DNA of 63,393 nucleotides, the filler included. It is 3 parts of 3 records of this genome, joined end to end, with 100 filler letters (N's around TTAATTAATTAA, not from the genome) between each part and the next. Parts side by side here need not be neighbours in the genome. Positions count along the whole stretch, not along the records: positions 27,706 to 54,994 come from SRR31156797_324; positions 55,095 to 63,393 come from SRR31156797_339; 1 more part is not named here. One strand, written 5' to 3'. The position numbers and the translations under genes are program-made. The notes below the pieces were generated by a model that was not told the origin of the DNA, did not search any database, and was given only the letters and a program-made list of their open reading frames with translations. Each line of letters begins with the position of its first letter. Positions within the stretch are counted from its first letter, which is position 1. Shown here piece by piece: positions 51,131 to 59,070 of the stretch.

Positions 51131-53536
51131 ATGAAACGAATTCACCTATTAAGCCTGTTAATGGCTTTCATTGCGATTTCTTGTACTTGTTCCAGTTCTT
51201 CTGATATTAATCAGCGCAAACAGCTATTTAATTTTGACTGGAAATTTAAACTCGGAGATCACCCTGAGGCATCTAAAATCGCTTTTGATGATAAAGACTG
51301 GCGATCTCTTGATTTACCGCATGACTGGAGTATCGAAGGAGTAGCAAATCCGGATAATCCAACAGGTAATGACGGAGGTTATTTTCCTGCTGGTTTGGGT
51401 TGGTACCGAAAAACATTTCAAGCACCAAAAGATTGGGCAGATAAAAAAGTCGGTATTTATTTCGAAGGTGTATATATGAATGCCGAAGTATTTATCAATG
51501 GTGAATCATTGGGCATCAGACCATATGGTTATTCTTCATTTTTCTACGATTTAACGCCATATATTAAAACCGGACAAAACAATACCATTGCGATTAAAGT
51601 AGATAATTCTCAACAGAAAAACTGCAGATGGTATAGTGGATCTGGAATTTACAGACATGTGTGGTTGAGCGTTAAAAATCCTGTTCATATAGAACAATGG
51701 GGTGTTCAAATTACGACACCTGAGGTAAACAAAGAAAAAGCGACTGTTGAAGTTAAAACCAATATTTCTAATAATACAGACAAAGAGCAGGAATTAACTA
51801 TTCAGGCTCAGCTTAATGGAAAAGGCAGCGATACTTTTAACAATGAGGTCATCGTAAAATTGGCTCCTCAATCGAGTAATGTGTTTTCTCAGAAAATCAC
51901 TGTAGAGAATCCTTCTTTGTGGTCTCCTGAAAATCCAAATTTATATACAACTAATATTCAAATCCTGAATCAGAGCGAAGTATTGGATCAAACAGAAAAG
52001 TCATTTGGTATCAGAACAATTTCTTACAGTACAGATAAAGGTTTTCAGTTAAATGGAGAAACAGTATTGATAAACGGTGGTTGTGCTCACCATGATAACG
52101 GAAGTTTAGGGGCTGCAGCCTACGACCGTGCTGAATATAAAAAAGTAGAATTATTAAAAGCAGCCGGATTTAACTCTGTCAGAACTTCTCACAATCCACC
52201 TTCAGAAGCCTTTTTAGATGCTTGTGATGAAATTGGAATGTTGGTAATTGATGAATCATTTGATGGATGGAGAACGCAAAAAACACCTTTCGACTATGCC
52301 ATGGTCTTTGATGAGTGGGCAGTTAAGGATGTGCAGGATATGGTGCTTAGAGATTTTAATCACCCATCTATCATTATGTGGAGTATTGGTAACGAAATCA
52401 TCGAAAGAAAAGAACCGCAAGCTGTTAAAACAGCAAAATTATTAAGCGATGCTGTTAAAGAAATTGATACAACCAGAGCAGTGACTTCAGCCATGACAGC
52501 ATGGGATCCTGAATGGGATATATTTGATCCATTAATGGCAGAACATGATGTTTGTGGTTATAACTACCAAATGCATCAATCAGAATCTGATCACGAACGC
52601 GTTCCTTCCAGAATCATTGTTCAAACTGAGTCATATCCAAGAGATGCATTTTATAACTGGAATATGGTTCAAAGTCACAGCTATATTATTGGCGACTATG
52701 TATGGACTGCCTTGGATTATTTAGGCGAATCTGGTATTGGTCGTTATTACTATCCGGGAGAACCTGATGGAGAACACTGGACACGCAATTTTTACCCCTG
52801 GCATGGAGCTTATTGTGGTGATATTGATTTAATCGGTCAGAGAAAACCAATTTCGCATTATCGCGATATGCTGTACAATCCTTCTAAAAAATTATATATG
52901 GCAGTTAAAGAGCCAAATCCTGAAGGTGGTGTAATCAAAGAAACTATGTGGTCTGTTTGGCCAACCTGGGAAAGCTGGAACTGGCCGGGATACGAAGGAA
53001 AAGATATTCAGGTGGAGATTTATAGCCGTTACGCCAGTGTAAAACTGTATTTAGATGATCAATTGATTGGCGAAAAAGCAACGACCATTAAAGAAGAGTT
53101 TAAAGCTGTTTTTGACGTGCCATTTAAAGAAGGTACCTTAAAAGCGGTAGGTGTTGAAAACGGAGAAAATAAAGAAACATTTATCTTAAAGTCGGCTGGC
53201 GAAACTGCTTTGATTAAGCTGGAAGCTGACCGCAGCACGATTAAAGCAGACGGACAGGATTTAGCTTATATTACCATCAAGCTTACCGATAAAGACGGAA
53301 TTGTACAGCCTAATGCTGAAGACGAATTAATATTTGATGTAGAAGGTGAAGGTGTTATTGTGGCGGTTGATAATGCCAACTTAAAAGATACCAGTTCTTA
53401 TGTTGCCAATACCAGAAAAGCCTGGAAAGGAAAAGCATTGGTTATCGTTAAAAGTACCAGAAAAGCGGGTGATTTTACTTTAAAAGTAAGCGCACCTCAG
53501 CTAAAAGAAACAGCTATCACTGTTAAAACAGAATAG
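51131..53536 (+). CDS. GH2 beta-galactosidase-like glycosidase
   Basis: LPHDWSIE, RWYSGSGIYRHV, RTSHNPP, NHPSIIMWSIGNE, WTALDYLGE. Confidence 0.92.
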   Translation: MKRIHLLSLLMAFIAISCTCSSSSDINQRKQLFNFDWKFKLGDHPEASKIAFDDKDWRSLDLPHDWSIEGVANPDNPTGNDGGYFPAGLGWYRKTFQAPKDWADKKVGIYFEGVYMNAEVFINGESLGIRPYGYSSFFYDLTPYIKTGQNNTIAIKVDNSQQKNCRWYSGSGIYRHVWLSVKNPVHIEQWGVQITTPEVNKEKATVEVKTNISNNTDKEQELTIQAQLNGKGSDTFNNEVIVKLAPQSSNVFSQKITVENPSLWSPENPNLYTTNIQILNQSEVLDQTEKSFGIRTISYSTDKGFQLNGETVLINGGCAHHDNGSLGAAAYDRAEYKKVELLKAAGFNSVRTSHNPPSEAFLDACDEIGMLVIDESFDGWRTQKTPFDYAMVFDEWAVKDVQDMVLRDFNHPSIIMWSIGNEIIERKEPQAVKTAKLLSDAVKEIDTTRAVTSAMTAWDPEWDIFDPLMAEHDVCGYNYQMHQSESDHERVPSRIIVQTESYPRDAFYNWNMVQSHSYIIGDYVWTALDYLGESGIGRYYYPGEPDGEHWTRNFYPWHGAYCGDIDLIGQRKPISHYRDMLYNPSKKLYMAVKEPNPEGGVIKETMWSVWPTWESWNWPGYEGKDIQVEIYSRYASVKLYLDDQLIGEKATTIKEEFKAVFDVPFKEGTLKAVGVENGENKETFILKSAGETALIKLEADRSTIKADGQDLAYITIKLTDKDGIVQPNAEDELIFDVEGEGVIVAVDNANLKDTSSYVANTRKAWKGKALVIVKSTRKAGDFTLKVSAPQLKETAITVKTE

Positions 53537-53595
53537 TATAGAACAACATTTTTCTTGTGGGAAGGGAAACAAATGGAACCTGTTGGTTCTTAATT

Positions 53596-53624
53596 AAAGC
53601 CGGAATTACTTCCGGCTTTTTTTT
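53596..53624 (+). terminator. Intrinsic terminator
   Basis: AAAGCCGGAA-TTAC-TTCCGGCTTT followed by a T tract. Confidence 0.85.
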
Positions 53625-53643
53625 GCTCTTAAATAAACATTCA

Positions 53644-53658
53644 TGCAACAATGTTGCA
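53644..53658. promoter_or_regulatory. Zur/Fur-family-like operator TGCAACA-A-TGTTGCA
   Basis: Perfect 7-1-7 palindrome about 67 nt upstream of a COG0523 gene. Confidence 0.65.
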
Positions 53659-53724
53659 CTTGATGTGTTGTTGATTTTGAAAATATGAATATATCATCAT
53701 ACTTTTATCGAATAAATACAAGAT

Positions 53725-54696
53725 ATGTCAGATAAAAATACAATGCCTGTTACCATTATTACAGGATTTTTAGGTGCCGGAAAAACAACATTGCTAAATC
53801 AATTACTGAAGAAATATGAGCACACAAAATTTCTGATTATTGAAAATGAAGCGGGAAATGTGAATATCGATAGTCAACTAATAAATGGTAATACGCAAAA
53901 CAAGGTATTTGAATTAACGAATGGATGCATATGTTGCTCTTTAAGTACAGAGCTGGGAACATTGCTAAACAGCCTGATATTATCCCGTGTAAAATACGAT
54001 TATGTTTTAATAGAAGCGACAGGGATGGCAGATCCGGGTCAAATCATTGAAATGTTCTCTGGTAAACGCGTGCAACGGTATTTTGAACTAGACAGTGTAG
54101 TTTGTATGATTGATGCTGAATCCGTTTTAAACCGGGTTGACAACTTTGATGAAGTTTCAAAGCAGATAGCACAATCTGACTATCTTATCATTAATAAAAC
54201 AGATCTGATCAGTGCAGAAAAAATACCTGAGGTAGAACAAAAGCTTGCTTCCATCAATCCTTTTGCCCAAACCGAAAAAACCACCTTTGGAGAATTAAAC
54301 GACAACAAAATTCTAAACAGTAAAATGTTTCATCCTCCTAAACTTGAAAAATCTATTATAGATTTTAGTCATTTAACCTTGCTTAAACCCCAAACCAATC
54401 ATGCGCATCAAATTCAAACCATAGGCATTTCAATTACAGGTTGCTTTAACATGGAAAAAGTAGCTCAATGGTTTGAGAATTTCTTATCGCTCAATGCCGA
54501 AACAATTCTAAGAATCAAAGCCATTTTGTGTGTTACAGATATGAAACATAAAATGATTCTTCAATCTGTTGGACAAAGCTATCATGTTACCCAGGGTTCG
54601 CCATGGAAACAAGATGAAAAAAAAGAAAGTCAGATCGTGTTTATCGGTACTGATTTAAACAAACAGCAAATTCAAAACGAATTGTCGGAATTGTAA
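53725..54696 (+). CDS. COG0523/CobW-family metallochaperone GTPase
   Basis: GFLGAGKTT, NGCICCS, EATG, INKTD, C-terminal IVFIG. Confidence 0.92.
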   Translation: MSDKNTMPVTIITGFLGAGKTTLLNQLLKKYEHTKFLIIENEAGNVNIDSQLINGNTQNKVFELTNGCICCSLSTELGTLLNSLILSRVKYDYVLIEATGMADPGQIIEMFSGKRVQRYFELDSVVCMIDAESVLNRVDNFDEVSKQIAQSDYLIINKTDLISAEKIPEVEQKLASINPFAQTEKTTFGELNDNKILNSKMFHPPKLEKSIIDFSHLTLLKPQTNHAHQIQTIGISITGCFNMEKVAQWFENFLSLNAETILRIKAILCVTDMKHKMILQSVGQSYHVTQGSPWKQDEKKESQIVFIGTDLNKQQIQNELSEL

Positions 54697-54847
54697 GATA
54701 ATTGCAAATGACTGAGTGGTCTTCTATTGAGAGATAATATAGGCGGGGTTCAGCGGGTTTGAATCAGTACCAACATAACCTCGACTTAGTGCTTGTTTTT
54801 AACTATCTGAATTTACAGGAATGCCATCTAAGCTTTGGCTTGAAATC

Positions 54848-54923
54848 TTATGCGCATAAAAAATATTTCTATGCCTATAAGTTTTACATCTTATGCCTAT
54901 AAAAATAAATCCTATACGCATAA
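54848..54923. repeat. Four 12-bp quasi-palindromes with 21/22/21-bp period
   Basis: TTATGCGCATAA (54848), CTATGCCTATAA (54869), TTATGCCTATAA (54891), CTATACGCATAA (54912). Confidence 0.8.
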
Positions 54924-54994
54924 GATTTGAGACTATCAAGTTACAAGTTCGTGCGGGCTACAACCGTTGAATTTACTACTATTTCGCCTATTTT

Positions 54995-55094
54995 NNNNNN
55001 NNNNNNNNNNNNNNNNNNNNNNNNNNNNNNNNNNNNNNTTAATTAATTAANNNNNNNNNNNNNNNNNNNNNNNNNNNNNNNNNNNNNNNNNNNN
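54995..55094. other. Artificial contig linker (N44-TTAATTAATTAA-N44)
   Basis: Same 100-nt structure as 27606-27705. Confidence 0.97.
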
Positions 55095-55096
55095 CG

Positions 55097-55285
55097 GATG
55101 GTAAAGTTGTTGGGCTAAAATTTCGTATCGGAAAAGAATCCATAAAAGCCAGTTCGGTTGACCGTGCGCTTAGTGCAGCTCGTTTGCAAAAAGCAATTCA
55201 CCAAAACTTCGAGTATCACAATCGGTACAGGAACCGATACCCGAAGAATACTATTCAATCCCATAAAAACAAATTTAGAATTTAA
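55097..55285 (+). CDS. C-terminal fragment of a probable relaxase/mobilisation protein; not in the ORF track
   Basis: Manual translation DGKVVGLKFRIGKESIKASSVDRALSAARLQKAI...KFRI*, resembling the G-x-x-F...K-x-S-x-x-DR-x-x-S tail of Bacteroidota relaxases. The next ATG follows 3 nt after the stop. Confidence 0.55.
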   Translation, partial: DGKVVGLKFRIGKESIKASSVDRALSAARLQKAIHQNFEYHNRYRNRYPKNTIQSHKNKFRI

Positions 55286-55288
55286 GCT

Positions 55289-55582
55289 ATGAGAAAACAA
55301 TTATCGCAACAAAAATTACTGGAGATTTTAATTCATGAAATAGACATGCTCCGGGAAACCAGTAAAAACATTAATGCTATTGCACCGGAAATTGAAAAGC
55401 AATTAAACAAGCTAAAAACAACAGAAGTTAGAGCAACTATCAACACCGAACGCCTTGAGTGGCTTTTTGCAGACCATGAAGAGAAACTGAAAAAGAGTGT
55501 TGTTATACCGAGGTGGTTCTTTGGGATGGTGATTGGAGTAATAACTGGCTTAATCATCAATTGGCTAATTCTGATATTATAA
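55289..55582 (+). CDS. Small coiled-coil protein with C-terminal TM helix (mobilisation accessory-like)
   Basis: Directly follows the relaxase-like frame; C-terminal WFFGMVIGVITGLIINWLILIL. Confidence 0.5.
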   Translation: MRKQLSQQKLLEILIHEIDMLRETSKNINAIAPEIEKQLNKLKTTEVRATINTERLEWLFADHEEKLKKSVVIPRWFFGMVIGVITGLIINWLILIL

Positions 55583-55721
55583 TCAATTTTTTTTTTGAAT
55601 AAATTCTATTTTATTCTAAAAGACTTACTTTTAATGTATTAATTGACGACTAAACGAAACATAAACACCATTGTAAAACTCAAAGAAATCGTTAGATTTA
55701 TTCTCAAATTAACCAAAACCT

Positions 55722-57245
55722 ATGAACATAGAGAGTTATATTGTAAGTAAAGCATCATCAAATACTGAAATCCCAAGGTTACTTACTGATTTTTTGAATC
55801 TTAATGAAAGGATGGCTGCTTGGATATTTAAAAAATCCTTAATGCCTCATTTAGAGCAACTAAAAGACGATGTCTCTTTTTTTATTGAGACGCCCTATGT
55901 TGATAAGGTTTATAGAGATAGCTATTACACCTATTTTTCTTCCAAATTAGGCGACTACAAAAAAGACAGTATACGTTTATCTATTTTTAGCGGTGAAATA
56001 GAAATAGATGATTTCAAGGATGAAGAATCGATTAAATCATTACACGAAAGATATAATGGTTTTATTATCATTCGACCAACCATTTCAAACCTAATAGGTC
56101 GTAGCATCATTTCACCTGAAATTATTAAAGAAAACAATTTTATTATTTGTAAGGCTACTTTTCCAACGACAGTCAATTTTGTGAAATTTAGAACACAAGG
56201 CTTTCCTCATTCTTCGCAAGACGCAGAAACAATATCGTGCGCGGAAACAACTATTTGGGCTATTATGGAATATTTTGGCTTTAAATATGCAGAATACAAA
56301 CCAGTATTACCGTCTAAAATAATTGAAGTTCTACGAAGAGTATCAACTGAACGGCAGATTCCATCAAAAGGGCTTAATATACCTCAAATGGCTTATGCTT
56401 TAAGGGAGTTTGGATTTGGGACTAAAGTTTATTCTCTTTCAGAATTTGGTATTGACGAATTCAAAAGACTGTATAGTTGTTATGTTGAAAGTGGTCTCCC
56501 TATTATTGTGGCGTTAGATAATCGTAGGTTGAGCGGAGACATAGGTCATGCAATAATGGGAATTGGACATGCAACTGTAAGTGAAGACATAGTTGATAAT
56601 TTGAAAGAAACGACAGGCAGTAAGGAAATATCTTCACCTCTGAATAAACCTAAAAAGATAACTCTTTTTGACAATGATGACATCAATAAAGAGTTCATTT
56701 TTAATGATGACAATATGCCGGCATATCAGAAATCGTATTTTGAAAAGCCTGCTGTTCATTATAGTAATAAAGAATGGCACAATTGTGAAATTACCGCATT
56801 TGTTGTTCCATTATATCCCAAAATATATTTGGATGCATATGAAGCAAAAACATTATTTAAACAAGTTCTTTTAAATTATTTCGACATTCCTGATAATTCA
56901 GAAATATATATTCGTTTCTTTTTGACTTCCAGTAGGTCTTTTAAAGATTCGGTTAATTTTAACAAAACCTTTGACGAAGAGGCGAAAGGTCTGGTACTGG
57001 AAAAACCAATGCCAAAGTTTATTTGGGTAGGTGAAATATCAACAAAAGAACTTATAAAAAAAGGACTCGCAAATGGTTTAGTTTTAATTGATGCAACTGA
57101 AGCAAATACTTTATATTTGAAGCCACTAATTATGGCTTTCTATCTAAATAGTTTAATTTCAATAGATTCAAACACGCATTTGCTTTCAGAAAAAACATTA
57201 TCTTTGTCGAATTTTAGTATATTTACCAGTAATCTTAAAAATTAA
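55722..57245 (+). CDS. Uncharacterised papain-like (C39-related) cysteine protease candidate
   Basis: SSQ166DAETISC173AETTIW, GH276AIMGIG, FIFND329DN: the Gln/Cys-His-Asp order of papain-like enzymes. No signal peptide. Confidence 0.65.
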   Translation: MNIESYIVSKASSNTEIPRLLTDFLNLNERMAAWIFKKSLMPHLEQLKDDVSFFIETPYVDKVYRDSYYTYFSSKLGDYKKDSIRLSIFSGEIEIDDFKDEESIKSLHERYNGFIIIRPTISNLIGRSIISPEIIKENNFIICKATFPTTVNFVKFRTQGFPHSSQDAETISCAETTIWAIMEYFGFKYAEYKPVLPSKIIEVLRRVSTERQIPSKGLNIPQMAYALREFGFGTKVYSLSEFGIDEFKRLYSCYVESGLPIIVALDNRRLSGDIGHAIMGIGHATVSEDIVDNLKETTGSKEISSPLNKPKKITLFDNDDINKEFIFNDDNMPAYQKSYFEKPAVHYSNKEWHNCEITAFVVPLYPKIYLDAYEAKTLFKQVLLNYFDIPDNSEIYIRFFLTSSRSFKDSVNFNKTFDEEAKGLVLEKPMPKFIWVGEISTKELIKKGLANGLVLIDATEANTLYLKPLIMAFYLNSLISIDSNTHLLSEKTLSLSNFSIFTSNLKN

Positions 57246-57247
57246 CC

Positions 57248-57445
57248 ATGTTTAAAAAAGTAAGTAAAACCTCTGAAATTAATGCTCGTCTGAAAAAAGA
57301 GGACAAAATTAAGTTTCTCAATTCAGATGAAGACATGAACCAAATTACTGCGATTAATGACTACATGGAAGTTGTTAGAAAGGATTATCAGATAAAAGAA
57401 AGTAAATCTCAAATATCTGCTTCCCATGTTATTTTAAATGCCTAA
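57248..57445 (+). CDS. 65-aa helical hypothetical protein, co-transcribed with the protease
   Basis: ATG 2 nt after the upstream stop; followed by a terminator. Confidence 0.65.
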   Translation: MFKKVSKTSEINARLKKEDKIKFLNSDEDMNQITAINDYMEVVRKDYQIKESKSQISASHVILNA

Positions 57446-57464
57446 TTATTTTAACTCATATAGT

Positions 57465-57491
57465 AAAAAAAGCGCCAATGGCGCTTTTTTT
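57465..57491. terminator. Bidirectional intrinsic terminator
   Basis: A7-GCGCCA-A-TGGCGC-T7 between convergent genes. Confidence 0.8.
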
Positions 57492-57567
57492 ATATCTCTT
57501 ATTTACACTTTCTATATTCTCTATATGAAAAATCATTGTTTAGAATAATTCACTTAATGATTCTATC

Positions 57568-58083
57568 TCATATATTATAATTCAAATTTGTCAAGCGATA
57601 AGTCATTGCTACTTCACTGACTTTAAAAACATTAGCTAATTGTTTTATTGCTTCTTCCACAGTAATACCATCCTCCAGTTTTTCAATCTCATTCTTAATG
57701 AATTTTTCAGGCATTAAAATTGCCGCCGCAAAAGAATTAGCTTCTCTCTCTTTTCGAAGTTCACCTGTAGAAGAACTTTCATTTCTAAATAGAACTTTTG
57801 AGATAAATATATCATCAACTTTATTGCTATGGAACAAATGATGTCCTAATTCATGAGCAATAGTAAATCTCTGTCTAACTTCACTTTCAGTAGCTTTAAC
57901 TGCAATTATATTTTTGTTTTCCTTTGTAAGAAGAAAACCTGATATAGTATCTCCAAACATTCCTTTCTGAACAATTAGCCCTAAGTTTTTGACTACTTGT
58001 TCTATGGGAACCGGAGCCTTGACAATATGTAAACGAGATAATATCTTCTTGGCCCGAAGCTCAATATCATTTGTCTTAATCAT
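57568..58083 (-). CDS. ImmA/IrrE-family Zn metallopeptidase (CapP-like)
   Basis: RQRFTIAHELGH and EREANSFAAAILMP. Confidence 0.92.
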   Translation of the reverse strand: MIKTNDIELRAKKILSRLHIVKAPVPIEQVVKNLGLIVQKGMFGDTISGFLLTKENKNIIAVKATESEVRQRFTIAHELGHHLFHSNKVDDIFISKVLFRNESSSTGELRKEREANSFAAAILMPEKFIKNEIEKLEDGITVEEAIKQLANVFKVSEVAMTYRLTNLNYNI

Positions 58084-58100
58084 GTCAAAATAATTTAAAA

Positions 58101-58442
58101 TTATTCAGATAAAAGTTTAGATGAAATAAAATCCTTTAACATGATACTATCTTCTTCTTTTAAAACCTTTTTATCGATTTTCTTAGAATAAATAGTATCA
58201 TCCATATCGACTGTAGGGATAGAACTGAAAAAATAATTCATGTCAACATTTCCAATAGTTGACATTTTATAAAGAAGATGCACTGTAGGTCTTTGTCTTT
58301 TTTTTTCAATATTAACAATTGAGGCTCTTGAAATATGCAACCTATCAGCAAAAATTTCTTGTGTAAGGTTCAAGTGCTTCCTTAATTCAATTATCTTATT
58401 AGATAAATGCGTATAGAATATTTTTAATTCCTTTTCAGACAT
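58101..58442 (-). CDS. XRE-family HTH regulator (CapH-like)
   Basis: IIELRKHLNLTQEIFADRLHISRASIVNIEKKRQRP. The ATG at 58442 is preferred because the longer start overlaps a -7 box. Confidence 0.88.
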   Translation of the reverse strand: MSEKELKIFYTHLSNKIIELRKHLNLTQEIFADRLHISRASIVNIEKKRQRPTVHLLYKMSTIGNVDMNYFFSSIPTVDMDDTIYSKKIDKKVLKEEDSIMLKDFISSKLLSE

Positions 58443-58458
58443 AAGCGAGTGACTTCTG

Positions 58459-58491
58459 CAAATATACAAAAAAATAGTTTGTTATACAAAC
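58459..58491 (-). promoter_or_regulatory. Promoter of the HTH-IrrE pair, overlapped by palindrome GTTTGT-TAT-ACAAAC
   Basis: Minus-strand TTTG (58490-58487)-N20-TATATTTG (58466-58459); the palindrome at 58477-58491 covers the -33 box. Confidence 0.65.
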
Positions 58492-58512
58492 AATAAATTA
58501 TTTCAATAATAT

Positions 58513-58543
58513 TTTGATTACTGAATTCTTTGATTTATTTTTG
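58513..58543 (+). promoter_or_regulatory. Candidate promoter of the Ubl operon
   Basis: TTTG (58513-58516)-N19-TATTTTTG (58536-58543), matching the Bacteroidota sigmaA consensus. Confidence 0.5.
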
Positions 58544-58579
58544 TCTATAAATAATTAAATGAAAGAAAAATAGAGATAT

Positions 58580-58645
58580 AAAAAAAGCCCAGTTAAAAAC
58601 TGAGCTGCATTTTTAAAAGAAACAATTTGTTCCTTTTTACGTGAG
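58580..58645 (-). ncRNA. Candidate small antisense RNA in the Ubl operon leader
   Basis: Minus-strand promoter TTTG (58681-58678)-N20-TATCTTTG (58657-58650) and minus-strand terminator AGCTCAGTT-TTT-AACTGGGCT-T6. The U-G pair in the stem forms only in this orientation. Confidence 0.45.
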
Positions 58646-58827
58646 ACTTCAAAGATACAGCGTTTCTGCAAAAAATGCAAATTCAGGCCTTTTTACTGTA
58701 TAGTTTATCGATTGCTCAATGATAAATACCAGAGCTTTTTACCTCAATAAATCAAACTACTCTGTTGAGGGAGGGTAGACTTAGAGCTCAATTAATGTTT
58801 TTATAAATCGATAAAAATTTATTTATC

Positions 58828-59070
58828 ATGAAAAAAGATTTAGTTATTATAGTTAATGGTCGAGAAAAAGAATGGAACGATAAGACCATATCGTTTGAGC
58901 AAGTAGTAATACTTGCACTCGGAACATACCAAAACAATGGTAGAACCGCATATACAGTTACCTATACAAGAGGCAATAACGACAAGCCTCAAGGCTCAAT
59001 GGTAGCCGGAGACATAGTGAAAGTAAAACATAAGATGATTTTCAATGTCACAGCTACTGATAAGTCGTAA
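58828..59070 (+). CDS. Ubiquitin-like beta-grasp protein (multi-ubiquitin domain family; BubA-like)
   Basis: IIVNGREKEW..ISFEQVVILA..YTVTYTRG..G.M..GD.VKVK..MIFNVTATDKS; immediately upstream of a ThiF/E1. Confidence 0.85.
   Translation: MKKDLVIIVNGREKEWNDKTISFEQVVILALGTYQNNGRTAYTVTYTRGNNDKPQGSMVAGDIVKVKHKMIFNVTATDKS

Noticed and set aside
22332-53536. A single large PUL joining susCD with HTCS/GH115/GH43/GH2
   Set aside because: The two parts are separated by a contig linker and about 9 kb of unrelated genes.
54725-54840. Remnant of a Bacteroidota dispersed intergenic repeat
   Set aside because: The resemblance is from memory only and there is no second copy in the window to support it.
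54848-54923. Possible CRISPR array
   Set aside because: Units are 12 bp with 9-10-bp gaps, far too short for repeats and spacers, and no cas genes are visible.
55115-55300. 61-aa minus-strand ORF
   Set aside because: The opposite strand carries a more plausible relaxase-like frame coupled to the next gene.
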